Counted from the first letter of the stretch, positions 36,936-45,870 are shown. The stretch is 64,000 bases of DNA from Candidatus Caldarchaeum sp. (GCA_038885755.1 JAVZZH010000004.1:68430-132429), one strand, 5' to 3'. The notes: a model not told the origin generated them from the sequence alone. A program made the numbers and translations.

Positions 36936-37855
36936 CCCTCCAGGGACTGGACCAGCCCGAGAGCGAGCAGGGGGAGGACGATCGTCGCGTCTCCCTTGAC
37001 GAACACCTGCTTAGACTTGGGCGAGACTTTGTGCCATGATACTGCTTCACGGGGTCTTGCGCCGCTGAGGCTTCCGTCATACTCGTCAGCCGCCGATATG
37101 TAGACGGCGTAGTCGAGACCCTCACCACCGAACTGAGACCACCAGAGGAGATGATGCTTGGATATGCCTCCGCCCACCAGAAGCCCTCCCTTCCTGCCAG
37201 CCTTCCACATCATCTCGTCGAGGAGGTCCATGTCTGCGACCAAGTCTACGTAAACACCTCTCTTACCTCCCTGAAGCCACATCTGGTACCCTACGGCGCC
37301 GTCAAATATCCCTGGAACGAACACCGGTATCTTGTTCCTCCAGCACCAGTAGAGGATAGAGCTCTCCGACCCAAGCCTCTCGCCAATCATCCAGCAAAGC
37401 CTGTGGCCCGCAACCCTCCCCTCAAGCCCAACTTCGTCGAGCAGGCCCTTCACCTCCTTCTCAACCACGACGCCGTAGCTCTCCTGGTCTATGAAGACGC
37501 TTCCAAGCCTGTGGATGTTCTTCTCGGCGAGCTGCCAGTCGTCGGCGTCGAAGCTTCCCTGCCTGTAGAAGGAGCGTGTGCGGGCGATGTCATGGTCTAA
37601 AGCGCCGCAGGTCGTCACCACGAGGTCGAAAAGCTTTCTCCGCAGAAGCTCCACCAACACTCCCCGAAGACCCGTGGCCACCAAGTTGCCTGTGAAGGAC
37701 AAGCCCCTCAGGCACGATTCATCCCTCACCATTTCGCTGAGAACCTCGAACGCACGGCCTACGTGCATGCCCATGAACCCGCCCATCCTAGACATCATCC
37801 TAAGCAGCTCGACCGCTGAGACTTCTCTACCTAGCCGGAGGTCTTCGACACGCAT
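36932..37855 (-). CDS. dys: deoxyhypusine synthase
   Basis: 307 aa. FTGNLVATGLRG, TTCGALDHD, GGGISKHH and DGSLSGARPREAVSWHK motifs are present. Confidence 0.85.
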   Translation of the reverse strand: MRVEDLRLGREVSAVELLRMMSRMGGFMGMHVGRAFEVLSEMVRDESCLRGLSFTGNLVATGLRGVLVELLRRKLFDLVVTTCGALDHDIARTRSFYRQGSFDADDWQLAEKNIHRLGSVFIDQESYGVVVEKEVKGLLDEVGLEGRVAGHRLCWMIGERLGSESSILYWCWRNKIPVFVPGIFDGAVGYQMWLQGGKRGVYVDLVADMDLLDEMMWKAGRKGGLLVGGGISKHHLLWWSQFGGEGLDYAVYISAADEYDGSLSGARPREAVSWHKVSPKSKQVFVKGDATIVLPLLALGLVQSLEG

Positions 37856-37918
37856 AAACCAATACGCCTGTTAAGCCTATTATAAACCATGCCGAGCAGA
37901 TAGTGTTGAGGATCGGGA

Positions 37919-38173
37919 GTGGGGTTGATAGAGTTTCTTGGGATGTTGACTTCTGTCGTCGGAGCAGGCTTGACCTTTGGTGGTTTCTGGCTCTGCTGGG
38001 ATGTTTACAAGACACAGCAGTACGAGGGAGGGTCGGCGGCAACGCCGTTCCCCCTGCCTTTCTTCAAAGCCTACCTTAAGCGGGATGCGGCGTTCGACCT
38101 CGGAGTAAGCATGGGGGTCGCCGGCTATTTCCTCGGCATCATTGGAGGGTTTCTTGCAGGCTCAGCCCTGTAA
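37919..38173 (+). CDS. small membrane protein (2 TM helices)
   Basis: 84 aa with Gly-rich hydrophobic segments at both ends. No recognisable family. Confidence 0.4.
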   Translation: MGLIEFLGMLTSVVGAGLTFGGFWLCWDVYKTQQYEGGSAATPFPLPFFKAYLKRDAAFDLGVSMGVAGYFLGIIGGFLAGSAL

Positions 38174-38250
38174 TATACATAAAAGGCGGCGTGACGCCGT
38201 AAAACTAGAACGGAACGCCGTTTGAGTGTTAAGGAGTCGTGGAATAGAGA

Positions 38251-39504
38251 ATGGAGGTTAGGTTTCTAGGCGGGACGCTTGAGGTTGGAAGGTCAGCGGT
38301 CGAGGTCTCGTACAAAAACACCCGAGTTCTTCTGGATTACGGAGTGATGCTGAACGACCATCCCGAGTTCCCGCTGCCGGTCGAGACACGTAAACTCAAC
38401 GCAGCCATACTCACGCACGCCCATCTAGACCATTCCGGCGCCCTGCCCATGCTTTACACAAGCCACGCGCAAAAGCTCTACTGTACCTCTATGACGAGGG
38501 ACACGGCAGCCCTACTCGTTCAGGATTTCATAAAGCTCTCGGGAGACCATCTCCTCTTCGAGAGGATGGAGATGGACAAGATGCTGCAGAACACCAAGAC
38601 AGTCTACTACCGGGAGCCCTTCAGAGTGGGAGACTTGGAGATAGAGCTTGTCGACGCAGGCCACATCCCGGGAAGTGCGCAGGTGATCGTGAACGGGGAC
38701 AAAACTCTGGTGTACACGGGAGATTTTACAACGGTCAGGACCAGGCTGCTTGAAGGTGCCGACACCACGCTGGGAACCGTCGACGCCGTGGTGATAGAGT
38801 CGACCTACGCCCACGAGGACCATAGGCCGCGTCCAGAGCTGGAGAAAGAGTTTGTGAAATCCTGCAAAGAGGTTGTCGAGGACGGCGGTGTCGTCCTAGT
38901 CCCAGCCTTCTCAGTCGGCAGAGCTCAGGAGATTATATGCATACTCACCGCTCACAACTTCAAGCATCCCGTCTGGCTTGACGGAATGGCTAAGAAAGCT
39001 TTGGAGTTCTACCTGAGCGATAAGAAATTCGTCGACGGAGTAGATGTTCTCGAGAAGGCGAGCCGGAAAACTAGAATGGTGCATGGCAGACGTGGGAGGC
39101 AGAACGCTTTGTCCGAGCCCGGCGTCATAGTTTCGCCTGCAGGCATGCTCAAGGGCGGGCCCGCCATGTTCTACGCTCCGAAAGTCGTTGAGGACGAGAA
39201 ATCGGCCATCTTCCTCGCAAGCTTCCAAATACCGGGAACGCCGGGAGAGATACTGCTAAACAGAGGTGTTCTGGTAGCGGACGGCGTTGAGAAGCCGGCC
39301 AACTGCAAGGTCAAGCAGTTCCGTTTTTCGGGACATGCGGGGAAAAGCCAGCTCCACGACTACCTCAAGAAGATCGAGTCCAGCACCAAAGTCTTCACAA
39401 TACACGGCGAGCCACAGCAATGCAGCCTACTGGCTGGCTGGGCTTCTTCAGAGCTGGGAGTCGAGGCGGCATCCCCCGAAAGAGGCCAGTCCTTCAAGAT
39501 TTGA
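38251..39504 (+). CDS. beta-CASP family metallo-beta-lactamase-fold ribonuclease (aCPSF2-like, no KH domains)
   Basis: The HAHLDHSG motif, later Asp/His motifs and a C-terminal HGE motif are present. 417 aa. Confidence 0.75.
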   Translation: MEVRFLGGTLEVGRSAVEVSYKNTRVLLDYGVMLNDHPEFPLPVETRKLNAAILTHAHLDHSGALPMLYTSHAQKLYCTSMTRDTAALLVQDFIKLSGDHLLFERMEMDKMLQNTKTVYYREPFRVGDLEIELVDAGHIPGSAQVIVNGDKTLVYTGDFTTVRTRLLEGADTTLGTVDAVVIESTYAHEDHRPRPELEKEFVKSCKEVVEDGGVVLVPAFSVGRAQEIICILTAHNFKHPVWLDGMAKKALEFYLSDKKFVDGVDVLEKASRKTRMVHGRRGRQNALSEPGVIVSPAGMLKGGPAMFYAPKVVEDEKSAIFLASFQIPGTPGEILLNRGVLVADGVEKPANCKVKQFRFSGHAGKSQLHDYLKKIESSTKVFTIHGEPQQCSLLAGWASSELGVEAASPERGQSFKI

Positions 39505-39756
39505 ATGCAAATACTTTTGAGAACACTAATTACCCGGCTGTCCCCAACAAATGAGTGCATCGCTATCTCCGCCTAGCTTCAAGCTTCGCTGTCTTTCTCA
39601 CCAGTGGCAGGGCCAAACTAAAACCTCCCGCTTGGACTTTGTTAGCCGGCGTCATCTTAACCATAAACCCCTACGCATTTCGCATCGGCTTTCCTAGACG
39701 GCTTGGATTCCCCGCAAGATGAAGTGGATGGCTGGATACCGGAGTCGAGGAAATCG

Positions 39757-39765
39757 TTTAAATAA
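39757..39765 (+). promoter_or_regulatory. TATA box for tRNA-Gly
   Basis: tttaaataa, centred about 28 nt upstream of the tRNA 5' end (39789). Confidence 0.45.
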
Positions 39766-39788
39766 TTCTCCCACCACGTTCGTTGCGT

Positions 39789-39892
39789 GCGGCGGTCGTC
39801 TAGCCTGGTAGGACACCAGCCTGCCACGCTGGGAGTTCCGCGCGCCGGCTCGCCGCGGGCCTGAGTCGCGGGTTCAAATCCCGCCCGCCGCA
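39789..39892 (+). tRNA. tRNA-Gly (anticodon GCC) interrupted by a ~30-nt non-canonical intron in the variable-loop/T-arm junction
   Basis: Acceptor GCGGCGG/CCGCCGC. Anticodon arm CCAGC-CTGCCAC-GCTGG. T arm GCGGG-TTCAAAT-CCCGC. 35 nt lie between the anticodon stem and the T stem where about 5 are expected. No CCA is encoded. Confidence 0.85.
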
Positions 39893-39933
39893 TCCGTAAA
39901 AACACTTATAGAGACATGTTGATTTGGGACGGG

Positions 39934-41283
39934 ATGAGGCTTGTTCCTGTTCTTCTGCTGGCTTCCCTCCTGCCAGCAGCATGGAGTCTTTCGCCTCCCC
40001 AGATGGTTGACGTTAATCTGGGCGGAACGCCTTCGAGGATAGACTCGGACGGCGGAGTGTGGGTGGCTGTCTCTTTCGCCGACAGGCCCGTTCTGGGTCT
40101 TTACAGGACGGACATTAGCTCTTACGTCGAGTTTGAGGCTCCCAGCAGGGTTGACAAGACGGTGTTCGTCATGGGTAAAGCCGTGGCTCTTCTCTCAACA
40201 AGGAACAGCCTTTTCGTCGTAGACCTAGCTTCGAAACAGTCTTCAACCCACAGCCTAGAGATGCGCGCAGGAGGGCTAGCCTCGGACGGAAGACACGTCT
40301 ACGTGTCCCACCCAGCAGCACGGACAGTAGCTAAACTAGACCCTGAGAGCTTGACGGTTCTAGAGAACTACGACGCGGACGTGGCTGACGGGCTTAACTA
40401 TCTCTCTGCCTCCGACGGAGTCGTCTGGGCTGTTGCCAAGTCGCTGGACAGCCTAGTGGTTGTGAGGAACGGTGTCGCCGAAACCATCAGAGTAGAGGGC
40501 TCTGTCGTCAGAGTCGAAGCTGCTGGGAACGCCGCCTGGCTGGTGTTGAACAACGACAACGTGGTTAAAGTTTCAGGCGGGTCCATCGTGCAGAGAACAT
40601 CCCTCCCCCGAGCGACCTTCCCCTCCTCGACGGCCGTGATTGGAGACAAGCTTGTCTACTCCAGCGTGTCCAGAAGAGTGGTCGGCGTAGTCGACCAGAC
40701 AGGCTACAGAGAGTCAAGCCTCGCCTCAGCGTCGCCAAGCTCCGTCGCAGCCGGAGCCCAATCCAGGATATGGTTCCTCGACTCAATTTCTAACAAGATT
40801 GGTTTCATATACGACTCGAGAACACCGACGGTGTCCAACTGGCTGGTGAACAGGCTTCAGGATGGTTCGGCTGAAGTCAGGGTGAGGGTTTCAGACCCAG
40901 AGCAGGACTTGGCCTCCGTGAAGCTTGTCGCGGTCGAGTACACTGGAATCTACGTAGCGGCCTTCAAGGAGTTCGACATGGTTCAGAGAGGGGAGATTTT
41001 CACGGGCGTGTACAGACAGTCTCCCGAGGTGTCGCGAGTTGAGCTATTCGTCAACGCGACAGACATTGCGGGCAACAACGTCTACCAGAAGGTGGGCGAG
41101 CTAGACTACAGAACCTCCACAACCTCCCCTTCAATAACCATAGCCACAACGGCTGAAGCTCCTCCGCAGAGCCAGACGGTCCTCTCCCTTCTGACCGAGC
41201 TGCTTCTCCTCGTCCCGCTCTTCCTTGTCCTGACCGTCTTCGTGCTAAACAGGAGTCGGAGAAAGCCTAGAAAGAAGAAGTAG
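39934..41283 (+). CDS. secreted repeat protein (beta-propeller-like blades plus Ig-like domain) with C-terminal TM anchor
   Basis: Signal peptide MRLVPVLLLASLLPAAWS. About 6 repeats of roughly 40 aa, each ending in a W/V-hydrophobic strand. C-terminus LLLLVPLFLVLTVFVLNRSRRKPRKKK. The ORF track starts at 39916, but the ATG at 39934 fits the TATA-like cacttataga. Confidence 0.55.
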   Translation: MRLVPVLLLASLLPAAWSLSPPQMVDVNLGGTPSRIDSDGGVWVAVSFADRPVLGLYRTDISSYVEFEAPSRVDKTVFVMGKAVALLSTRNSLFVVDLASKQSSTHSLEMRAGGLASDGRHVYVSHPAARTVAKLDPESLTVLENYDADVADGLNYLSASDGVVWAVAKSLDSLVVVRNGVAETIRVEGSVVRVEAAGNAAWLVLNNDNVVKVSGGSIVQRTSLPRATFPSSTAVIGDKLVYSSVSRRVVGVVDQTGYRESSLASASPSSVAAGAQSRIWFLDSISNKIGFIYDSRTPTVSNWLVNRLQDGSAEVRVRVSDPEQDLASVKLVAVEYTGIYVAAFKEFDMVQRGEIFTGVYRQSPEVSRVELFVNATDIAGNNVYQKVGELDYRTSTTSPSITIATTAEAPPQSQTVLSLLTELLLLVPLFLVLTVFVLNRSRRKPRKKK

Positions 41284-41829
41284 GTCGCTGGGCTTGTCTA
41301 GGTCGAGCGCCGTCCCGAGCTCGACGAAGGTCTTTGTAGGGAAACGCCGGCTGAGGCTTGCCAGATGACGCCGGTAGCTGTCGGGCCCGAACATAGGTAC
41401 GAGGCTTCTTCCGTCGAAATGGTAGAGCATGTTGGAGCCGTTCAGCCTCAGGTCCGGGCATACGACGCAGCGTTTCCTCCCGCCGATGTGCAGTACTGAC
41501 TCGATGCTAGCTAGGCTTAGAAGCGGGAGGTCGGGCAGCACGATCAGGACCGGGGCCTGAGGCAGGGATTTCAAAGCTCTCCGTATCGAGGGGTTGAGCC
41601 CGAGGCCCGAGTCGTCGACCAGCCTCCACCCACGCCTATCCGAAGCTTTCTCGACCTCCGAGTCGCTTGACACAACCACGACCTCCAAGCCAGCGGCCTC
41701 GCAGAGAACCCCGGTCCTGACTAACAGCCGTAAAACCAACCTCTTCCTCTCAGCCGGGGACAAGGCTTTACGCAGCCTCGTCTTAGCGTCATCCAGCCTC
41801 TTGACAGGCAAGACGGCGTAGCATCTCAA
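41245..41829 (-). CDS. cofC: 2-phospho-L-lactate (or PEP) guanylyltransferase CofC/FbiD
   Basis: N-terminus AVLPVKRLDDAKTRL, the LPDLPLL motif and the NGSNML segment. 194 aa. It overlaps the cofD stop. Confidence 0.7.
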   Translation of the reverse strand: MRCYAVLPVKRLDDAKTRLRKALSPAERKRLVLRLLVRTGVLCEAAGLEVVVVSSDSEVEKASDRRGWRLVDDSGLGLNPSIRRALKSLPQAPVLIVLPDLPLLSLASIESVLHIGGRKRCVVCPDLRLNGSNMLYHFDGRSLVPMFGPDSYRRHLASLSRRFPTKTFVELGTALDLDKPSDLLLLSRLSPTPV

Positions 41830-42758
41830 CTAACCGCTCCCAGCTCCCGGAGAACCGTCCTAGCCAGAAGAACCTTGTCCTCCAGAGTATTCATCACAGT
41901 GTTAGCGGCGACAGGCTTGATTCCTAAAGCCCTCACCTCTTCAACGTATGATGAATCAACAAGGTCGAACACCAAAACATCGAGGAAGTCGCTGTAGAGC
42001 CTCGCTATCCCGGATGGAGACGGCTCGAGCCCTAGGTCAGCCATCATCCTCGCAGCCGGTCCCTTCAGCGCACGGCCTCCCACGAACGGGCAAACAGCCA
42101 GTATCTTCGCCTCAACTCTCCTGAGCCTCTCCCTAACACCCTTGAGCGACAGTATGGGAGATATGCTTACGAGGGGGTTGCTCGGGCTGAGGACCACGTA
42201 GTCGGCTGTGTCGATCGCCTGTAGGACTGCCTGTGTCGGACTGGCTGACTCAACGCCCTCAAAGATTATCCTCCTCACGCTCAGCCTGTGCCCATGCTTT
42301 ACGAAATACTGCTGGAAAGGCATGACCCCCAGCTCTGTCTCGACCATGGTTTTCACCCTGTCGTCCGTCATGGGCAGCACTCTCCAGCCGGCACCCAGTC
42401 TATCAGCGATCTCCTCAGTAGCCTGCGTAAGGGAAGCACCCTCCATCATCCTCATAGTCCTGTACAGGCTTACCGCCAAGTCTCTATCGCCCAGCTTGAA
42501 CCATGTCTCGCAGCCCAGCTTTCCAAGCATCTCCAAAGCGTTGAAGCTGTCGCCCAAGACTCCCCAGCCCCGCTCAGAGTCTCCCAGCCCCGCCAAGCCG
42601 TACACAACCGTGTCCAGGTCGGGGGAGACATGAAGCCCGTAGAAAATCTCGTCGTCTCCGGTGTTTACCACCGCAGTCCCACGCTCAGGGCCCATGACAT
42701 GCTTCAGCCCGACCAACAGCTTCGTAGCACCAACTCCTCCAGCTAGGACGGTCAGCAT
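41826..42758 (-). CDS. cofD: 2-phospho-L-lactate transferase CofD/FbiA
   Basis: N-terminus LTVLAGGVGATKLLVGL, and YVVLSPSNPLVSISPIL. 310 aa. Confidence 0.8.
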   Translation of the reverse strand: MLTVLAGGVGATKLLVGLKHVMGPERGTAVVNTGDDEIFYGLHVSPDLDTVVYGLAGLGDSERGWGVLGDSFNALEMLGKLGCETWFKLGDRDLAVSLYRTMRMMEGASLTQATEEIADRLGAGWRVLPMTDDRVKTMVETELGVMPFQQYFVKHGHRLSVRRIIFEGVESASPTQAVLQAIDTADYVVLSPSNPLVSISPILSLKGVRERLRRVEAKILAVCPFVGGRALKGPAARMMADLGLEPSPSGIARLYSDFLDVLVFDLVDSSYVEEVRALGIKPVAANTVMNTLEDKVLLARTVLRELGAVS

Positions 42759-43378
42759 AACGGATTACCCCATTTATTCAAGAAAGCAACTTCACCGAGA
42801 GGCTTACGAACCCCAGATGTTTCACCTCCCTTGAGACCAACCTCCACCATAGCCTGAGGCTCGACGTCAGGCGGAATTCCCAAAACCCTCCTAACAGCAT
42901 CCTGAGCAAAAAGGGGCGAGCATCTCCAGCAAGAGCCGTATCCAAGCCCGTGGACAGCCAGCAGGATGTTCTGTACAGCCGCCGCGACGCTCTGGACGCC
43001 CATCAAGTATTCTAGCCTGCTCCGACGGCTGTCCCAGTAAACATCCATGTCCTTCATGCTGAGACAGGCGATTATCAGGAAAGCTGCTCGACGGCTTCTG
43101 TTTTTAAACATCTCCACTATTTTCTCAGCCTTTCCGGGCTCCATGCCGTCGCCGGTCAAGTCCTCCAGCCAGTCCCTGCCCATTTCCTCAAGCAGCCTCT
43201 CCTTCACACCCTCATCGCCTACGACGACAAACCTCCAAGGCTGACACCCGTGAGCGTTAGCAGCCCATACACCTGCCTCAACAGCCTTCACAACCACCTC
43301 GAACGGCACATCTCCGGAGCCGAGCGTCTTCGAAGATCTTCGACTCCTCAGAAAGCTCAGAAAACCATCCGAAGCCAT
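42752..43378 (-). CDS. nitroreductase-family protein, possibly FbiB C-terminal-domain-like
   Basis: RSRRSSKTL...AANAHGCQPWRF nitroreductase N-terminal signature. 208 aa. There is a 7-nt overlap with the cofD start. Confidence 0.6.
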   Translation of the reverse strand: MASDGFLSFLRSRRSSKTLGSGDVPFEVVVKAVEAGVWAANAHGCQPWRFVVVGDEGVKERLLEEMGRDWLEDLTGDGMEPGKAEKIVEMFKNRSRRAAFLIIACLSMKDMDVYWDSRRSRLEYLMGVQSVAAAVQNILLAVHGLGYGSCWRCSPLFAQDAVRRVLGIPPDVEPQAMVEVGLKGGETSGVRKPLGEVAFLNKWGNPLC

Positions 43379-43454
43379 CCGCCAAACAACCCCTGCGTTA
43401 GTATTTTAAACCTAATGCGGCTTTTTAAGAAGGCACACACCATCGACAAAAAGG

Positions 43455-44441
43455 ATGGTTGAGGTCTGGTTCAAGTACGGCAGCACAGAGATATTCGCCG
43501 ACTTGGATGAATCGGTCGAAATCCTCAACCCGCCGGAAAAAAAGCATGCCAGCTACGACGAGGTGAGACGGCTTATAGAAGACGGGGTCGAGACCGTGGT
43601 CGTAGACTATGTTTACGCAGTAGACGGCTACGACGAGGCCGTGGTGTCAACGGTTGAGACATGCAGGGAAAACTTTCCCAGCGTCGAGGTTTATGTTTCA
43701 TCATGGCGGTATGCTGATTCTCAAGTAGAGAAGAGCTTGTATGAGCATGTGAAGAAACTTCTCCCAAGCGTCAAGAACATACAACCATACGAACGGCTTG
43801 AGAACGTAGAGCCCTCCAAAACACTCCTCATCTCTCCCGCCGTATACTGGGACGGAAGAGTTATCGGACCCAAAGACCTCTGGAAAAAACCCGGCGACAG
43901 CCTGAGGCTGGTGTCGCCTGTTGTTGGATGCGGAGGCTACGTGGCTGAGGTTATGGCTGGCGAGTTTGAAGAGGTCGCCGAACAGGTTGTACGGAGGGCT
44001 GAGGCCTTGTCCAAGTATTCGCCGAACAACCCAACCGACGTCGTGCTCGTCGGAGGCCCTGGACATCCTGTCGACAAGCGTTTCACGGCATGCCTCTACA
44101 TGGCTTACTCCGTCTCAAGGCTGGAGCCCGGCAAGGTTGTGGTGTTCATGTTCGAGGCTTCTGAAGGATTGGGTGAGGAATGGTTGCTGAGGCTCGCCAA
44201 GGGCGAGCACTTCCAAGAACCTGAAGTAGTTGAGCGGTGGAAGACTTGGAGGGCAGTGGCCGACGAGCATAAAGTTGTGCTGGTTACGGCGCTTCCCTCC
44301 ACTGTTGTTGAGAAGATTCTCAACGCTCGGCAGGCCGACACTCTTGACCAGGCGGTCGTGTATGCGAGAAGGGTGAAGTCTAGGGAGGCGAGGGTGCTGG
44401 CTGTTCCTAACTGCGTTGGAACCTGTCTCGAAGGTTTTTAG
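43455..44441 (+). CDS. hypothetical protein, shortened LarA (DUF2088)-like
   Basis: 328 aa. The N-terminal strand VEVWFKYGSTEIFADL and the C-terminal VVLVTALPSTVVEKILNARQADTLDQAVVYARR..VLAVPNCVG resemble the two ends of lactate-racemase-family proteins as I recall them. The central catalytic residues are not evident. Confidence 0.35.
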   Translation: MVEVWFKYGSTEIFADLDESVEILNPPEKKHASYDEVRRLIEDGVETVVVDYVYAVDGYDEAVVSTVETCRENFPSVEVYVSSWRYADSQVEKSLYEHVKKLLPSVKNIQPYERLENVEPSKTLLISPAVYWDGRVIGPKDLWKKPGDSLRLVSPVVGCGGYVAEVMAGEFEEVAEQVVRRAEALSKYSPNNPTDVVLVGGPGHPVDKRFTACLYMAYSVSRLEPGKVVVFMFEASEGLGEEWLLRLAKGEHFQEPEVVERWKTWRAVADEHKVVLVTALPSTVVEKILNARQADTLDQAVVYARRVKSREARVLAVPNCVGTCLEGF

Positions 44442-45580
44442 AACATCCTGGTCAGGGGGACGAAGCTGAGAACGAGCATGGCTGCAAGCCCTATCAGGGA
44501 AACCTTTCTCCAGAAAGAAAGCGGAGAGACGTCGTCCAAAGGAACTATGTCGATGCTCCTGCCCATCATGAATATTAGCAGCAAGGCCATGAAGTAGTAG
44601 CCCGCGACAACCAGCACGCCTAGAGAGATGTAGGAAGCGATTAGGTGCTGCCTTCTCGACAGGAAGCTCCTGAATATGCGGCCGCCGTCAAGCTGCCATA
44701 TGGGCATGAGGTTCAAGGCCGTGACAACCATGCCCAGCCAAGCAGCGAAGCCAACAGTCATGAAGAAAGGAACTTCGTCAGGCCTTCCATAAAGAAGTCT
44801 TATCAGGGTGAAGATCAGCGGAACATCTACGACCGACCCCTCCCTCGCAGCCGCTTCGATCAAAGCACGGTACTGGTCGACCGGAACCCACGTGGCGGTC
44901 TGGAAAGCAACGAAGGCCACCACGACCGCTGTAGCGAACCCAGCAACAGGCCCGCTTATCCCTATGTCAAACATGTCATCCCTGTTAGCGAGCGGCTCCT
45001 TCTGAAAAATCACAGCACCCAGGGTTGGAATGATGCCGGGAAACCCGGGTATGAAGTAGGGATAGCTCGCGGAGACGCCGTCTATACGAGCTGAAAGCTT
45101 ATGGCCCATCTCGTGGATGAATATTATTGCGAGCAGAGCTGCTGAGAAGACAATGCCGTTGAAGAATACATCGCTGAAGCTGTAGCCGGGATGCACGACG
45201 CTGTATATCCTTCCAGAAGACCTTATGAAGCCGTCGAAGGACACGGTAGCCAGAGTAGCCAGGCCGAGAACCAGCGGTATGCGTATATCGTTCTTGGGAG
45301 GCTTGGCGTAGGGAAACACCCTTATCTTAACCACTCCGTTCTCCCTACGAGCCGTGGCTATCAACCCCAGGCTCTTGAGCTGAGGTAGGCATCTCTTGAA
45401 CCTCTCCTTTATCACGTTCTCAGCAACCTCAAAAGTCAACACACCAGCGTCTAGGTAAACACTAGTCACCGTGAAGCTGCTTTCAAGAACCCTCTTAGCT
45501 GCGTCAAAATCCACGGAAGCGCCCCCGTACAACTCCATGATACAGACCACCTGAACATTATAAACCCAATCTAAAAACAT
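44438..45580 (-). CDS. site-2 protease family (M50) membrane metalloprotease
   Basis: The HEMGH zinc motif lies within a TM segment, and the protein has multiple TM helices. An alternative ATG start is at 45538. Confidence 0.75.
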   Translation of the reverse strand: MFLDWVYNVQVVCIMELYGGASVDFDAAKRVLESSFTVTSVYLDAGVLTFEVAENVIKERFKRCLPQLKSLGLIATARRENGVVKIRVFPYAKPPKNDIRIPLVLGLATLATVSFDGFIRSSGRIYSVVHPGYSFSDVFFNGIVFSAALLAIIFIHEMGHKLSARIDGVSASYPYFIPGFPGIIPTLGAVIFQKEPLANRDDMFDIGISGPVAGFATAVVVAFVAFQTATWVPVDQYRALIEAAAREGSVVDVPLIFTLIRLLYGRPDEVPFFMTVGFAAWLGMVVTALNLMPIWQLDGGRIFRSFLSRRQHLIASYISLGVLVVAGYYFMALLLIFMMGRSIDIVPLDDVSPLSFWRKVSLIGLAAMLVLSFVPLTRMF

Positions 45581-45855
45581 TACCTTGCAAAACGTTTTTT
45601 GTCTAACGAAAACTGTTCCAGGTTGGGGAAAACGCTCGGGTCATGTCTTCGGCGTGGACGGCTGCGGCACGCTTTCTCAGCTGCCTGAAGCCAGAAAGCT
45701 TAGAAGCTTGATGGTTCCGCTTGACATCAGGCCTCTCGACACGAAGAGTCGGAGGGGCGGCTTGTTGCTGAAAACTAAGGTAGTTTCCATTACAGGCTTC
45801 CCAGATTGAAGGCTCCCGCCGGTCCTTCCAACAGGCTCAAATATCGTAGGACGAG

Positions 45856-45870
45856 CAAACAACAAAAACA
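45856..45870 (-). terminator. oligo-T terminator downstream of tRNA-Pro
   Basis: The minus strand reads TGTTTTTGTTGTTTG about 35 nt after the tRNA 3' end. Archaeal terminators are oligo-T tracts. Confidence 0.35.

Noticed and set aside
39715-39760. A possible C/D-box sRNA (the AGATGAAG element).
   Set aside because: The element is not a proper RUGAUGA C box, and no CUGA D box lies at an appropriate distance. Other TGATGA occurrences in the window are inside coding regions.
39657-39982. Two minus-strand ORFs (82 aa and 60 aa) overlapping tRNA-Gly.
   Set aside because: They run antisense through a well-folded tRNA gene and its promoter, and their composition is not protein-like.
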